64,000 bases of DNA from Chrysomallon squamiferum. Its lineage: Eukaryota > Animalia > Mollusca. The stretch is from positions 12,152,001 to 12,216,000 of the forward strand of contig CM022676.1 in assembly GCA_012295275.1 (NCBI GenBank), in the 5' to 3' direction. Of this stretch, positions 1 to 11,538 are shown piece by piece. A model generated the notes under the pieces. That model saw only the letters and a program-made list of their open reading frames with translations. It had not been told where the DNA came from and searched no databases. The first letter of the stretch is position 1. Each line of letters starts with the position of its first letter. Position numbers and translations under genes: made by a program.

Positions 1-2978
1 CAGGAAAAGGTCAATGGTAAATTTCCTTCTGTCGTGTCAAGGGATGACAAAGATTTGCACCTGCAGAAGAACGAAGTCGCTGAGAACCTGTTTGTGTAAG
101 ATTCTTCATTTTAGCTTTTATATCTGACACTCAAAGATTTAGTTTTACTGGAGTCTTTTAGTCTTTCTACCAGTGTTTCATAATTGTTTTACCATTGTTT
201 CTTTGTTAGCCAGGCTTTCATTATTGTTAATTACCTTTCTTTATCGAGTCATTTTATAATTTATTTTTGTTATTATTTTACATTATTTTATCCTTATTAA
301 TCACTTCTTTTTTTTAATCGTTGTTAACTAGATTCGTCATTCTAACCATCAGTTTTAACACTGTTTCATTGGTATTAATCACTCTTTCATCATTGTTAAT
401 CACTGTTTTATCACTTTAAATAAAAAGTCAAATTTCTGCAACATTTTGTAGAAAGCAGGCATAAACCACATTCTGTCAGTGATGCTTCAGTCATTATTTC
501 TTTAAAAAATCAAACAAACAAAAAAAGCCCCTGATTTGTAATATTTATAAATTATGACGTGTGTTTTTATTCAGATACTTTGAGAAGCTGTTGACGGAGC
601 ATGGACCTCAGGAATTTGATTCTCCGATTCTGACACAAGAGCTGGTGGGCCTCCCCGATGAGGCAAGATCAGTCATAGAAAAGTGTAACGGACTTCAAGG
701 ATTCTTCCAGAGGTCACACAGGTTCGGAATCATGGATAACTACGTGTGTGTTCTCAAGGACTGCGGCAAAGTGAGACAGTTATCAAAATATAAAAAACAT
801 CCACCTTCATCCAGCCATATCTTCCACTCTAGTTTTGGATTATTAGATCCACATCAAACATCAAGTTATGCTCATATATTAGGTTCTCAGAGAACATCAG
901 CTTCTTCCAGTCAGTCAAATAACAGAATTCTGAATACTAAAAATAAACAGTTACCAGCCTTTCCCAATCCACACTACCCTCTCTCTGCATTATCTAATTC
1001 AGCTGAAAAACGTCTACACTCATATGCAGTTAGGAAGCCCACCATCACAGAATTCAAGACAAACACTTGTTTGAATTTCACTCCACAAACCAGCAGTGCC
1101 TGGACACCAGGCAACAGTACATATAATTTACACGATGAGGAATACTCTCTGTCCAGTTTAGGACAGAGTGACATCTTGACCCGGTGGTCAGCAGGTTTTG
1201 ACAGCTGTGTGAAGAAGTCAGCAGGGTTTGACTACCAGTCAGCTGCAGCTCGTGGAGGTCTACACACAGGACTCCCAAACAGTGAGTGGGCAAGAAACAA
1301 GGTGACGAATGAGGCAGAGACGCAGACAGAGGTGGGCGTGATGTCAGTGGAAACAAACACTGACCTCAACCTGGACATGCTGATTGGACACTGCAAAACA
1401 CTGGAGGTGAAACAGAAAGACTTGGAAGATGAAAAAAGTCATCTTCAGGTGAGTGATCTGTCACAGCTGAATAATGTTACGAATTTGAACATGTTGTTTA
1501 ATATCTTTTTTAATGTTAGTTTTTCTCTCTTTTGTCATTGTTAACTATTGTTTCTCTCTGGATGTACTGCTTTATAATTTTTATTTCAGTTGTCAGACAA
1601 ATGATAGAAATTAAAGAAGTGTCAGTAATTTCACTTTGAGACAAATGATAGAAATTAAAGAAATGTCAGTAATTTCATTTTCAGGTGTTGTGCAGTCAGT
1701 TGAAGAGTGAGAAAACAAGTCTGCAGCAGAAAATATCCCAGCTAGAACAGCAGTCACTTTTACAGTGTGAACAGATAGAGCAGTAAGTGTCTACATAGCA
1801 GTGTCAGTCTGCAGTCAGTCAGAATGTAGCAATGTCAGTCTGCACACAGAATGTAGCAGTGTCAGTTGTCAGTCTGCAGTCAGTCAGAATGTAGCAATGT
1901 CAGTCTGCACTCAGAATGTAGCAGTTTCAGTCTGCAGTTGGAATATAGCAGTGTCAGTCTGTAGTCAGTTATAATATAGCAGTGTCAGTCTACTATTGTC
2001 AGAATATAGCAGTCTGTATTCAGAGTACAGCAGTTGGAATATAGCAGTGTCAGTCTGTAGTCAGTTATAATATAGCAGTGTCAGTCTACTATTGTCAGAA
2101 TATAGCAGTCTGTATTCAGAGTACAGCAGTCAGAATGTAGCAGTGTCAGTATGTAGTCAGTTATAATATAGCAGTGTCAGTGTGTAGTCAGTATATGGCA
2201 GTAGTAGTCTGTATTCTGCAAATTTTACACACACTGTAATATGTGAATACATACAAACAGCAACTGATCTGCTTTTAAAGCTGTCGGCTAAATACAGAGT
2301 TAGACATTTTGTTTTGTATGTGCAACAACCATTGTCTTGTTAGCTTTTATTCTTACTGAAAGTTTTAACAGGAGAGAATTGTATCTATATCTATATTTTT
2401 ATTTATTTCAGACTTAGCAAGGATTTGAAATTACAGAAGGAAAACTGTGAAATTCTCCTACAGCAGCAGCAGAATGACAGGTTTTCTCATACTTCTACTC
2501 TTTGTGGAGACATCATCATCATCATGTTCTTTTTCTCCTTAAAATTAAAACGATCATTATCTGTTATCAACCATCACCAATTTCAAAAATGTGATGGGTT
2601 TGATTGCTTTTTCTTTTCTTTTTCCACAATTTATATATAGATAGATAGATAGATAGATATTGATATTTTATAATTTAGTTTTTTTATTTTTTTATTTTAC
2701 TTATAAATCATAACTTGCCTTATGACACACATCTGTCTTCTTTAACTTGTGTATATGTTACCAGTACATCATACTGTCTAATAAAACTAATGTTTCTTGT
2801 AGATGTCAGAACAAAAACAGTGAAGTGCCCTCACATGCCAGACAGGTCCTAGCCAAGTGTGACCTCAAACAAACTGAGCTGAAGGTTTGTTTATTACAAA
2901 TATTTAGTACTTCTGTAAACTTAGCATATATGTTATACACACACATACTGAGTTTGAGGAGAGACTGATATATTTGGA

Positions 2979-3019
<41 letters not shown>

Positions 3020-5573
3020 ATGTTTTATTTCAGAGAGTGTGAGGAAAGTCTGGCATGTTTGGAATCTGAGTGCTTGTGTCTGTGTGCATGCTTCATTACT
3101 AACAAACAAGTGTTTTATTTCAGAGAGAGTATGAGGAGAGATTGGCATGTTTGAAGTCAGTGTGTGTGTGTGTGTGTTTCATTACTTACAAACAAGTGTT
3201 TTATTTCAGAGAGAGTGGCATGTTTGAAGTCAGTGTGTGTGTGTGTGTGTGTGTATTTCATTACACAGATATGTTTTATTTCAGAGAGAATGTGAGTAGA
3301 GACTGGCATGTTTGAAGTAAGGCGTGCCTGTTTCTGTGTCTGTGTCTGTGTGTGTGTGTGTGTGTTTCATTACTTACAAACAAGTGTTTTATTTCAGAGA
3401 GAGTATGAGGAGAGACTGACATGTTTGAAGTGTGTGTGTGTTTCATTATTTACAAATAAGTTTTTATTTCAGAGAGAGTATGAGGAGAGATTGGCATGTT
3501 TGAAGTCAGTGTGTGTGTGTGTGTTTCATTACTTACAAACAAGTGTTTTATTTCAGAGAGAGTATGAGGAGAGATTGGCATGTTTGAAGTCAGTGTGTGT
3601 GTGTGTGTTTCATTACTTACAAACAAGTGTTTTATTTCAGAGAGAGTGGCATGTTTGAAGTCAGTGTGTGTGTGTGTGTTTCATTACTTACAAACAAGTG
3701 TTTTATTTCAGAGAGAGTGGCATGTTTGAAGTCAGTGTGTGTGTGTGTGTGTGTGTGTATTTCATTACAAAGATATGTTTTATTTCAGAGAGAATGTGAG
3801 TAGAGACTGGCATGTTTGAAGTAAGGTGTGTCTGTTTCTGTGTGTGTGTGTGTGTGTGTTTCATTACTTACAAACAAGTGTTTTATTTCAGAGAGAGTAT
3901 GAGGAGAGATTGGGAACAGCTCCAGTAAACATATCCCCTGTTATCTCAACTGTAGAAAACACACAAACCATGGTAACTGTATTGTTTTAGTTACTATAGT
4001 AACCATTATTTTACCTTTAAACAAAACACAAAATATTAATTTTCAATAATTTTTTTTATTTTAATTTTCTGCATTTTTTTAGTTAAATAAAAGATTCTTG
4101 TCAGATATAAAATAATTCTGATTGTTAAAGAACAGTGTTTCAAAATCTAATTTCAGATGTTTCATCAGTTCAGTTTACAACAAAACTCTCTCCCCACTTC
4201 TCCAATGACAGAGGATTTTCCCGTTCCAACCACACAGCAGATGGCTTCATCACAGCCAGTTACAAACAATAGCACTCAGAAATCTCAGTTTCAGTTGACA
4301 ACCTCTCAAGTAAAGCCTTCGTACCCAACAGCAGCAGACACCGTGCAGAGACCAGCAGCAGCAGACACCATGCAGACACCAGCAGCAGCAGACACAGTGC
4401 AGACACCAGCAGCAGCAGACACAGTGCAGACACCACCAGCAGCAGTCACAGTGCAGACACCACCAGCAGCAGTCACAGTGCAGACACCACCAGCAGCAGC
4501 AGCAGAGCACAGCTTTGAAGAGTTGGCTACAGGTCTTCAGAGGTTGTTTCCCAATCACAACCAGTAAGTTCAATTTCTTAATCATCTACAAACAGTTATT
4601 GAAGCAGGTGTTTTATGGTCACTGATAATTTTTATGTTTGTTTATTTCATAGACGTTTGAAAATGTAATTACACATACAGTCTGTAGCTATATCTGTGTG
4701 TATTTTATAACAAACATGCAAAATATAAAAAAAGATTGATTGTGTGTTTCCGAAATCAGTTTGTGTTGTACATACATGAATTACACAATTTATATTAACA
4801 AAGACGTGTGTTATTTTTACTGAAGTCACTTTGTGCATAGAGTGGATACACAGTCAGTGTACAGACCTCCTGAAGAAAGGTTGGAGGAGGTGACAGACCC
4901 CTGTGTCATCTGTCACAATGAACTGTCAGAAGTCATCACGCTGAAATGTAAACACCGCTTCCACAAATCTGTAAGTTGTAACCCCTTTGTTCTGTAACAG
5001 TAGACCTGACTAATATGTAAGTTGTAACCATAGCAATGAACATATTCATTAAAAGATGTTAGACTGGAATTCAGAGAACCTTGAAAACTTGCAGATAAAG
5101 GTAGCTGGGATGAGAGGCACACAAACACTTTAGAAAAGAGTTGAAAGCTTGTTACTGTCATTATACAGAAGAATTACAGTATTTACATTAACATTTTCAT
5201 CTGTTTGCGACTCACAAATTGTTTTGTACTTACTAAACAGGAAGTATTTGCATGTTGTTTATGTCCAAAATGGACTGAATACAATATTTATTTATTTGTA
5301 GTTCAGTGATATTTATGAGGTTTAGATTATTACTGGTTAGTTACAGTAAGTATTGTATCTGGTTCATTGTTGTATTTTCAGTGATATTTATGAGGTTTGG
5401 ATTATTACTGGTTAGTTACAGTAAGTATTGTATCTGGTTCATTGTTTTATTTTCAGTGTGTACAGAGGTGGTTTCAAGCTCAAAAACAGAACACCTGTCC
5501 TATCTGCCGAGATCCCGCCCAGAAATTATTTATTTTATTTTATTTTATGCTATTATTTTTATTATTGAAATAA
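1..5573 (+). CDS. TTC3/DZIP3-like RING-H2 E3 ligase paralog, 3' part (5' end outside the window); compact and frame-intact
   Basis: Phase-compatible GT-AG exons: <1-95, 575-1448, 1685-1782, 2412-2480, 2803-2884, 3892-3972, 4157-4563, 4841-4970, 5457-5573 (TAA). Exons and introns are clearly homologous to 31790-42576. The RING reads CVICHNELSEVITLKCKHRFHKS|CVQRWFQAQKQNTCPICR with all 8 Zn ligands. No stop or frameshift was found in the spliced model. Confidence 0.8.
1783..2200 (+). repeat. Degenerate minisatellite (tagcagtgtcagtct core) starting at a splice donor
   Basis: Begins right after gagca|gtaagt at 1783. Longer counterpart at 34782-35610. Confidence 0.85.
2945..3910 (+). repeat. Tandem array of duplicated splice acceptor plus exon start (ttttatttcag|agagagtatgaggagag) with (GT)n spacers
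   Basis: More than 10 copies. Only the last (AG at 3890-3891) continues into the exon. Counterpart at 37845-38300. Confidence 0.9.
4329..4500 (+). repeat. Coding 27-bp repeat (PAAADTVQT-like, about 6 copies)
   Basis: ORF 4157..4567 shows [26 protein letters not shown] ...; the paralog has one copy at 39280-39306. Confidence 0.9.
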
Positions 5574-5829
5574 AAAAAAATCTCAAAGGTTATTTTCTGT
5601 TTTCATGTCCAACACATTTTTCTTTTATTTTCTTCTTCTTATTATTATTAATTTTTTTTATTATTTATTTATTTTTTTTTTTTTTTTATAAATATAGTAG
5701 CTAAATTCCAAAAAAGAAATTATTAACAACTTTTATAAATCAAATTATTGTTTTGCATACATAGGATAGAAATACAATTTTATTGTATTAATGTTTTTAA
5801 TTAAGACGAAAAAAACCCAGCATCTTTGC

Positions 5830-7110
5830 TTAAGGGGACATGATGGTCCAAAAATGACAAAATTTGAAGATTAAAAAAAAAAATTGACTGTAATGCTTAT
5901 TTAAGGTGCAGATTTTACTTATGTTTGTTTAAGCTGCAGGTTCTGATTATCTGTAATGTTTATTTAAGCTGTAGATTTTGCTTATCTGTAATGTTTATTT
6001 AAGCTGTAGATTGTACTAAACTAATGTTTAAGATGTAGCTTGTACTAACTGTAATGTTTATTTAACCTGTAAGTCAAGTTCTGCGTTTATTTCTGGGTTT
6101 TATTTCTGATGCATGTTTCTCGCAACCTGTCTGAAATTTGACATTTTGGCATACCGTTGGAAAACCCCATTTTCACAGAGCATTATGTGAACAATGTTCT
6201 AAAAAATAGATACAAAATCCATGGAGATATTTCTTCATTTAATGCATCTCTGACAGTATGAGAGAAAATATTAAGATAGCATTGCCCATGGATTGGTTGT
6301 ATGATATCACATGAATTGTTGCCACATTGTTGTTGGCTATTAGCATGATTTCCGGTGACTTTGTTTACATCCGTTCATTGATTTTTTTTTTTTCTTTTCA
6401 TTCCTGAGCATATTCTTTAAGATTTAATTTTTTGAAATTGTGGACACTTATTGTGGAAAGAAAACCTGGACAAAATACAAATGTGGGAAGCGAAAGCTGT
6501 CAGGCAAACAGCAGCTACAGTCTGCACGTGAAGAATTAGAGACTGATGAAACAAGCGAGATCGCTGAGGAAATGGCTTCAGTGGCTTCTGGAGATGGTCA
6601 CACACCAGCACTTCCCAACAACTTCCAAAAGAAAATAGGAAATCAAAGATGAAGATCATCGTCCATTTGTTAGTGATGACAGCTGTGATTCTTTGAAAAA
6701 AACACTTGTCCAAAATTTGCCATGTTCAGACTCCTCCTCTAATGGATCATTAACTGTCACTGTATCTGATCAGTTTCAAGCCCTGTTGTCAATCTGCAGA
6801 CAGTTTGTGCTACTTGTAAAATGGTGTACAATGAAACATTGTCATCAAACCGTGTAGGAGGCCAGGGAAACAGATTTCTTTTCACCACTATCAGGAACCA
6901 TGGATAGTGGTGTAGAAATTTGTTCGACTTCATCGACTCAGTTGGTGGCTGGATTTACCATGCATACATCATAAAACATACGAGAAACACCAAAAGGCAA
7001 TTTCCGAAGCTATTCAGATACCTAGTTCGAAATGATTGCAGTCAGCATCAGCCTGTGTGAAAACATGACTGTCAAAAGAAGTTGGACAATTTGTTATGCC
7101 AATTTGTATT
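5830..7110 (+). mobile_element. Degenerate DNA transposon relic, Kolobok/Mutator-like transposase N-terminus
   Basis: Insertion absent from the paralogous 3' region. Starts TTAA-GGGGAC. Frameshifted coding relic at about 6710-6870: PCSDSSSNGSLTVTVSDQFQ/PVVNLQTVCATCKMVYNETLSSNRVGG (CxxC...SS motif). No right terminus seen. Confidence 0.4.
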
Positions 7111-7209
7111 CGACTATTTTCAAATAAAAAAAATTGCAATGTACTATAAATAATTTAAAAATTTAATCTGTTCTGGAAATTTATATTTTTCACTATTAAA
7201 GATGATTAA

Positions 7210-9062
7210 TTTTAATTTTGAAAAAAAAATTTGCTTTGTACATCTGTGTTTTTCATTTATGTTTTATGTTCTGGAACAATTGTTTTTAATTCACTTTTAA
7301 TTTAGTTGTAATAAAATTATTAAATTAATTTTGAAAAAAAAATTATTAAATTAATTTGCTTTGTACATCTGTGTTTTTCATTTATGTTTTATGTTCTGGA
7401 ACAATTGTTTTTAATTCACTTTTAATTTAGTTGTAATAAAATTATTAAATTAATTTTGAAAAAAAGAAATTGCTTTGTACATCTGTGTTTTTCATTTATG
7501 TTTTATGTTCTGGAACAATTGTTTTTAATTCACTTTTAATTTAGTTGTAATAAAATTATTAAATTAATTTTGAAAAAAAAAAAATTGCTTTGTACATCTG
7601 TGTTTTTCATTTATGTTTTATGTTCTGGAACAATTGTTTTTAATTCACTTTTAATTTAGTTGTAATAAAATTATTAAATTAATTTTGAAAAAAAAATTTG
7701 CTTTGTACATCTGTGTTTTTCATTTATGTTTTATGTTCTGGAACAATTGTTTTTAATTCACTTTTAATTTAGTTGTAATAAAATTATTAAATTAATTTTG
7801 AAAAAAAAATTTGCTTTGTACATCTGTGTTTTTCATTTATGTTTTATGTTCTGGAACAATTGTTTTTAATTCACTTTTAATTTAGTTGTAATAAAATTAT
7901 TAAATTAATTTTGAAAAAAAGAAATTGCTTTGTACATCTGTGTTTTTTTCATTTATGTTTTATGTTCTGGAACAATTGTTTTTAATTCACTTTTAATTTA
8001 GTTGTAATAAAATTATTAAATTAATTTTGAAAAAAAAAAATTTGCTTTGTACATCTGTGTTTTTCATTTATGTTTTATGTTCTGGAACAATTGTTTTAAT
8101 TCACTTTTAATTTAGTTGTAATAAAATTATTAAATTAATTTTGAAAAAAAGAAATTGCTTTGTACATCTGTGTTTTTCATTTATGTTTTATGTTCTGGAA
8201 CAATTGTTTTTAATTCACTTTTAATTTAGTTGTAATAAAATTATTAAATTAATTTTGAAAAAAAAATTTGCTTTGTACATCTGTGTTTTTTTTTCATTTA
8301 TGTTTTATGTTCTGGAACAATTGTTTTTAATTCACTTTTAATTTAGTTGTAATAAAATTATTAAATTAATTTTGAAAAAAAAATTTGCTTTGTACATCTG
8401 TGTTTTTTTTTTTATGTTTTATGTTCTGGAACAATTGTTTTTTTAATTCACTTTTAATTTAGTTGTAATAAAATTATTAAATTAATTTTGAAAAAAAAAA
8501 AATTTGCTTTGTACATCTGTGTTTTTTTCATTTATGTTTTATGTTCTGGAACAATTGTTTTTTTAATTCACTTTTAATTTAGTTGTAATAAAATTATTAA
8601 ATTAATTTTGAAAAAAAATTTGCTTTGTACATCTGTGTTTTTCATTTATGTTTTATGTTCTGGAACAATTGTTTTTAATTCACTTTTAATTTAGTTGTAA
8701 TAAAATTATTAAATTAATTTTGAAAAAAAAATTTGCTTTGTACATCTGTGTTTTTCATTTATGTTTTATGTTCTGGAACAATTGTTTTTAATTCACTTTT
8801 AATTTAGTTGTAATAAAATTATTAAATTAATTTTGAAAAAAAAATTTGCTTTGTACATCTGTGTTTTTCATTTATGTTTTATGTTCTGGAACAATTGTTT
8901 TTAATTCACTTTTAATTTAGTTGTAATAAAATTATTAAATTAATTTTGAAAAAAAAAATTTGCTTTGTACATCTGTGTTTTTCATTTATGTTTTATGTTC
9001 TGGAACAATTGTTTTTAATTCACTTTTAATTTAGTTGTAATAAAATTATTAAATTAATTTTG
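7210..9062. repeat. Satellite-like tandem array, 113-119 bp unit, about 16 copies
   Basis: tgctttgtacatctgtg recurs at about 7232, 7358, 7471 ... 8847, 8961. Units differ mainly in homopolymer length. Confidence 0.95.
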
Positions 9063-9566
9063 AGTTAATTATTGACTTCTTTGACAAAACACATTTCCTG
9101 TTCCTCCCATTGCTCTGGTACCAGTCATAAAAGCAACTGTCTGCATCTACTTGTTGTGATAAAATTAAATAAACTGCAGAGTACAAATTCACTTGTTATT
9201 CATTCAGAGACAGCCTTTGTCGTGCTTGTCGTGTTTCCTTAGTAACATCAAATTTTTCAGACTAAATAAATAAACACATTTAAAAATAAAATAAATGACA
9301 CTTTTAAATATTTACTGCATTTTGATCTCTTCTTAATTTTGTGTTTTCATGAAATAATTTCTTATTAAATATACCAAAAGTTATTAAAAATGTAATAGTC
9401 AAAACCTTTCTACAAGATACATTTATAATCACTGTTCAAACACTGGTAAACAGTATAAAATCAAAAAATTTAAAAAAATAAAAAGCAAGACATTGCTTGT
9501 TACTTAGAAAGTGTTTCATTTATCAACTACTTTAAAACGTCTCAATTATTATCATAATGCTTACTT

Positions 9567-9620
<54 letters not shown>

Positions 9621-9722
9621 GTAGAATTGTTTTACCAGGATTTACTCTGTTAGTTGAATGACGTGCATGGCCGTAACTACATTGACGCAAACGAGGCAAA
9701 TGAAACATACCGATTTTTAAAA

Positions 9723-9760
<38 letters not shown>

Positions 9761-9987
9761 TTATTCTTATTCTTATATTATTATTATATATATATATAGT
9801 AATGTACAAAGATTCTACTTAAAACTATCAAATATAAATCTCTATTCCGACACAAACGATATCCACTGAACGAATTCGTTACCGTTTTGGAAGTCTATCG
9901 ACATCGTTGCAATGAAAGATACAACTTAAGACATCAAACAGGTTTATCGAACACCTGATGATTTATGGCTTACAACATCCTTTTCAA

Positions 9988-10357
9988 CGTTTCAGTCTTA
10001 GCCCGGTTCTTTCCCTGATGCAGTTAGTATTATCATTTAGCGTTTCAGTCGTAGCCCGGTTCTTTCCCTGATGCAGTTAGTATTATCATTTAGCGTTTCA
10101 GTCGTAGCCCGGTTCTTTCCCTGATGCAGTTAATATTATCATTTAGCGTTTCAGTCGCCCGGTTCTTTCCCTGATGCAGTTAGTATTATCATTTAGCGTT
10201 TCAGTCGTAGCCCGGTTCTTTCCCTGATGCAGTTAATATTATCATTTAGCGTTTCAGTCTTAGCCCGGTTCTTTCCCTGATGCAGTTAGTATTATCATTT
10301 AGCGTTTCAGTCGTAGCCCGGTTCTTTCCCTGATGCAGTTAATATTATCATTTAGCG
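9988..10357. repeat. 53-bp tandem repeat, 7 copies
   Basis: cgtttcagtcgtagcccggttctttccctgatgcagttagtattatcatttag at 9988, 10041, 10094, 10147, 10197, 10250, 10303; no spacers. Confidence 0.95.
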
Positions 10358-11204
10358 CCACGACAGCACCCGAGTCGTGTCTAAAAAACTGGCTGAAGAC
10401 AGGTTCGTTGAAAAGAAAGTCAGGATGGTAAGCATAACTTAAAAGTTACAAAACTTTAGAGGAATCTCGATGTCTTATGTTGTTTGAGCCACAGAAATGT
10501 CTTTGATTGAAACTGAGCTTGACCCCCTTTGCCCTACCCCTGGATCCTCCCCAGAAGTTCTGAATTATTTCATATAACTAAATACACGAATTATGGAAGA
10601 TTTTCCAAATGTACATATTCGTTATATGGAACATTTTAAAATGTACATATTCATTATACAAAAATCATTTCTGTGCAGTTTAGGAGAAATATTAGTTTAT
10701 AATTTACACACAGAAAAAAAAAAGTGATATTTGTTTGATTTTTATTATTATTATTTTGGGGTTTTTTATTTTTATTTTTATTCAAACCCAGTGCAGTGAC
10801 CTTTCGTTGTTTTGAAGACAATTCTGATGTCCCGTCTGCAAAAGAACAGCTGGTCGATGCAAGTCTTAGAGAGGATTCAGACGTAAGCTGAGCGCAGTCT
10901 GGCGATAATCCAGTTGAAGGTGAAAATAAGCATTTGTTACCAGACTGTGTTGATAAAAGTCCAGAGCTATCAACGACCTTTGCGTCAGTGACAACTGAAA
11001 TACAGCAACGCGAGACAATTTCGGTAGCCCAGTCGAATCCGCAGGATAAATCGACCGTCTCCCTTGACCCTTCACATTATAAGAAAAGACTGTCCGATTC
11101 AGAGTAACTGACATTTCTTACTTCGAAAGCAGGAAAATTTCACACTCAGACAAAAGGTCGTCGCTATCTACCCTCATGGGAAAGTCAGTTTCTTTGGCTT
11201 AAGT

Positions 11205-11538
11205 TTTCACAAACAGAACATGCAGCATATTGTAAATACTGTATGATATTCACAAAAAGATGCAGCATATTGTAAATACTGTATGCTATTCACAAACAAC
11301 ATGCAGCATACTGTAAATACTGTATGCTATTCACAAACAGAAGTTGCTCTATATTGTAAATACTGTATGATATTCACAAACAGAAGTTGCTATATATTGT
11401 AAATACTGTATGATATTCACAAACAGAAGTTGCTATATATTGTAAATACAGTATGCTATTCACAAACAGAACATGCAGCATATTGTAAATACTGTATGAT
11501 ATTCACAAACAGAAGTTGCTATATATTGTATGATATTC
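11205..11538 (+). repeat. 40-43 bp tandem repeat (about 8 copies) of the CxxC half of the transposase zinc finger
   Basis: tattgtaaatactgtatgatattcacaaacagaa recurs at about 11228, 11268, 11308, 11352, 11395, 11438, 11481. Confidence 0.9.

Larger units (their letters stand above)
43..9570 (+). repeat. Tandem segmental duplication of about 31790-45425 (TTC3 3' half plus 3' flank)
   Basis: Near-identical introns (96-570 vs 31843-32240; 2200-2770 vs 35610-36220; 4985-5300 vs 42115-42410) and 3' flank (9060-9570 vs 44985-45425). Homology ends at the (CA)n tract near 9572. Confidence 0.95.

Noticed and set aside
6417-6713. ORFs 6440..6652 (+) and 6417..6713 (-) as host genes
   Set aside because: No splice structure or recognisable protein; better explained as part of the decayed transposon.
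9988-10357. Regular 53-bp repeats resembling a CRISPR array
   Set aside because: Head-to-tail units with no unique spacers, no cas genes, and a eukaryotic context.
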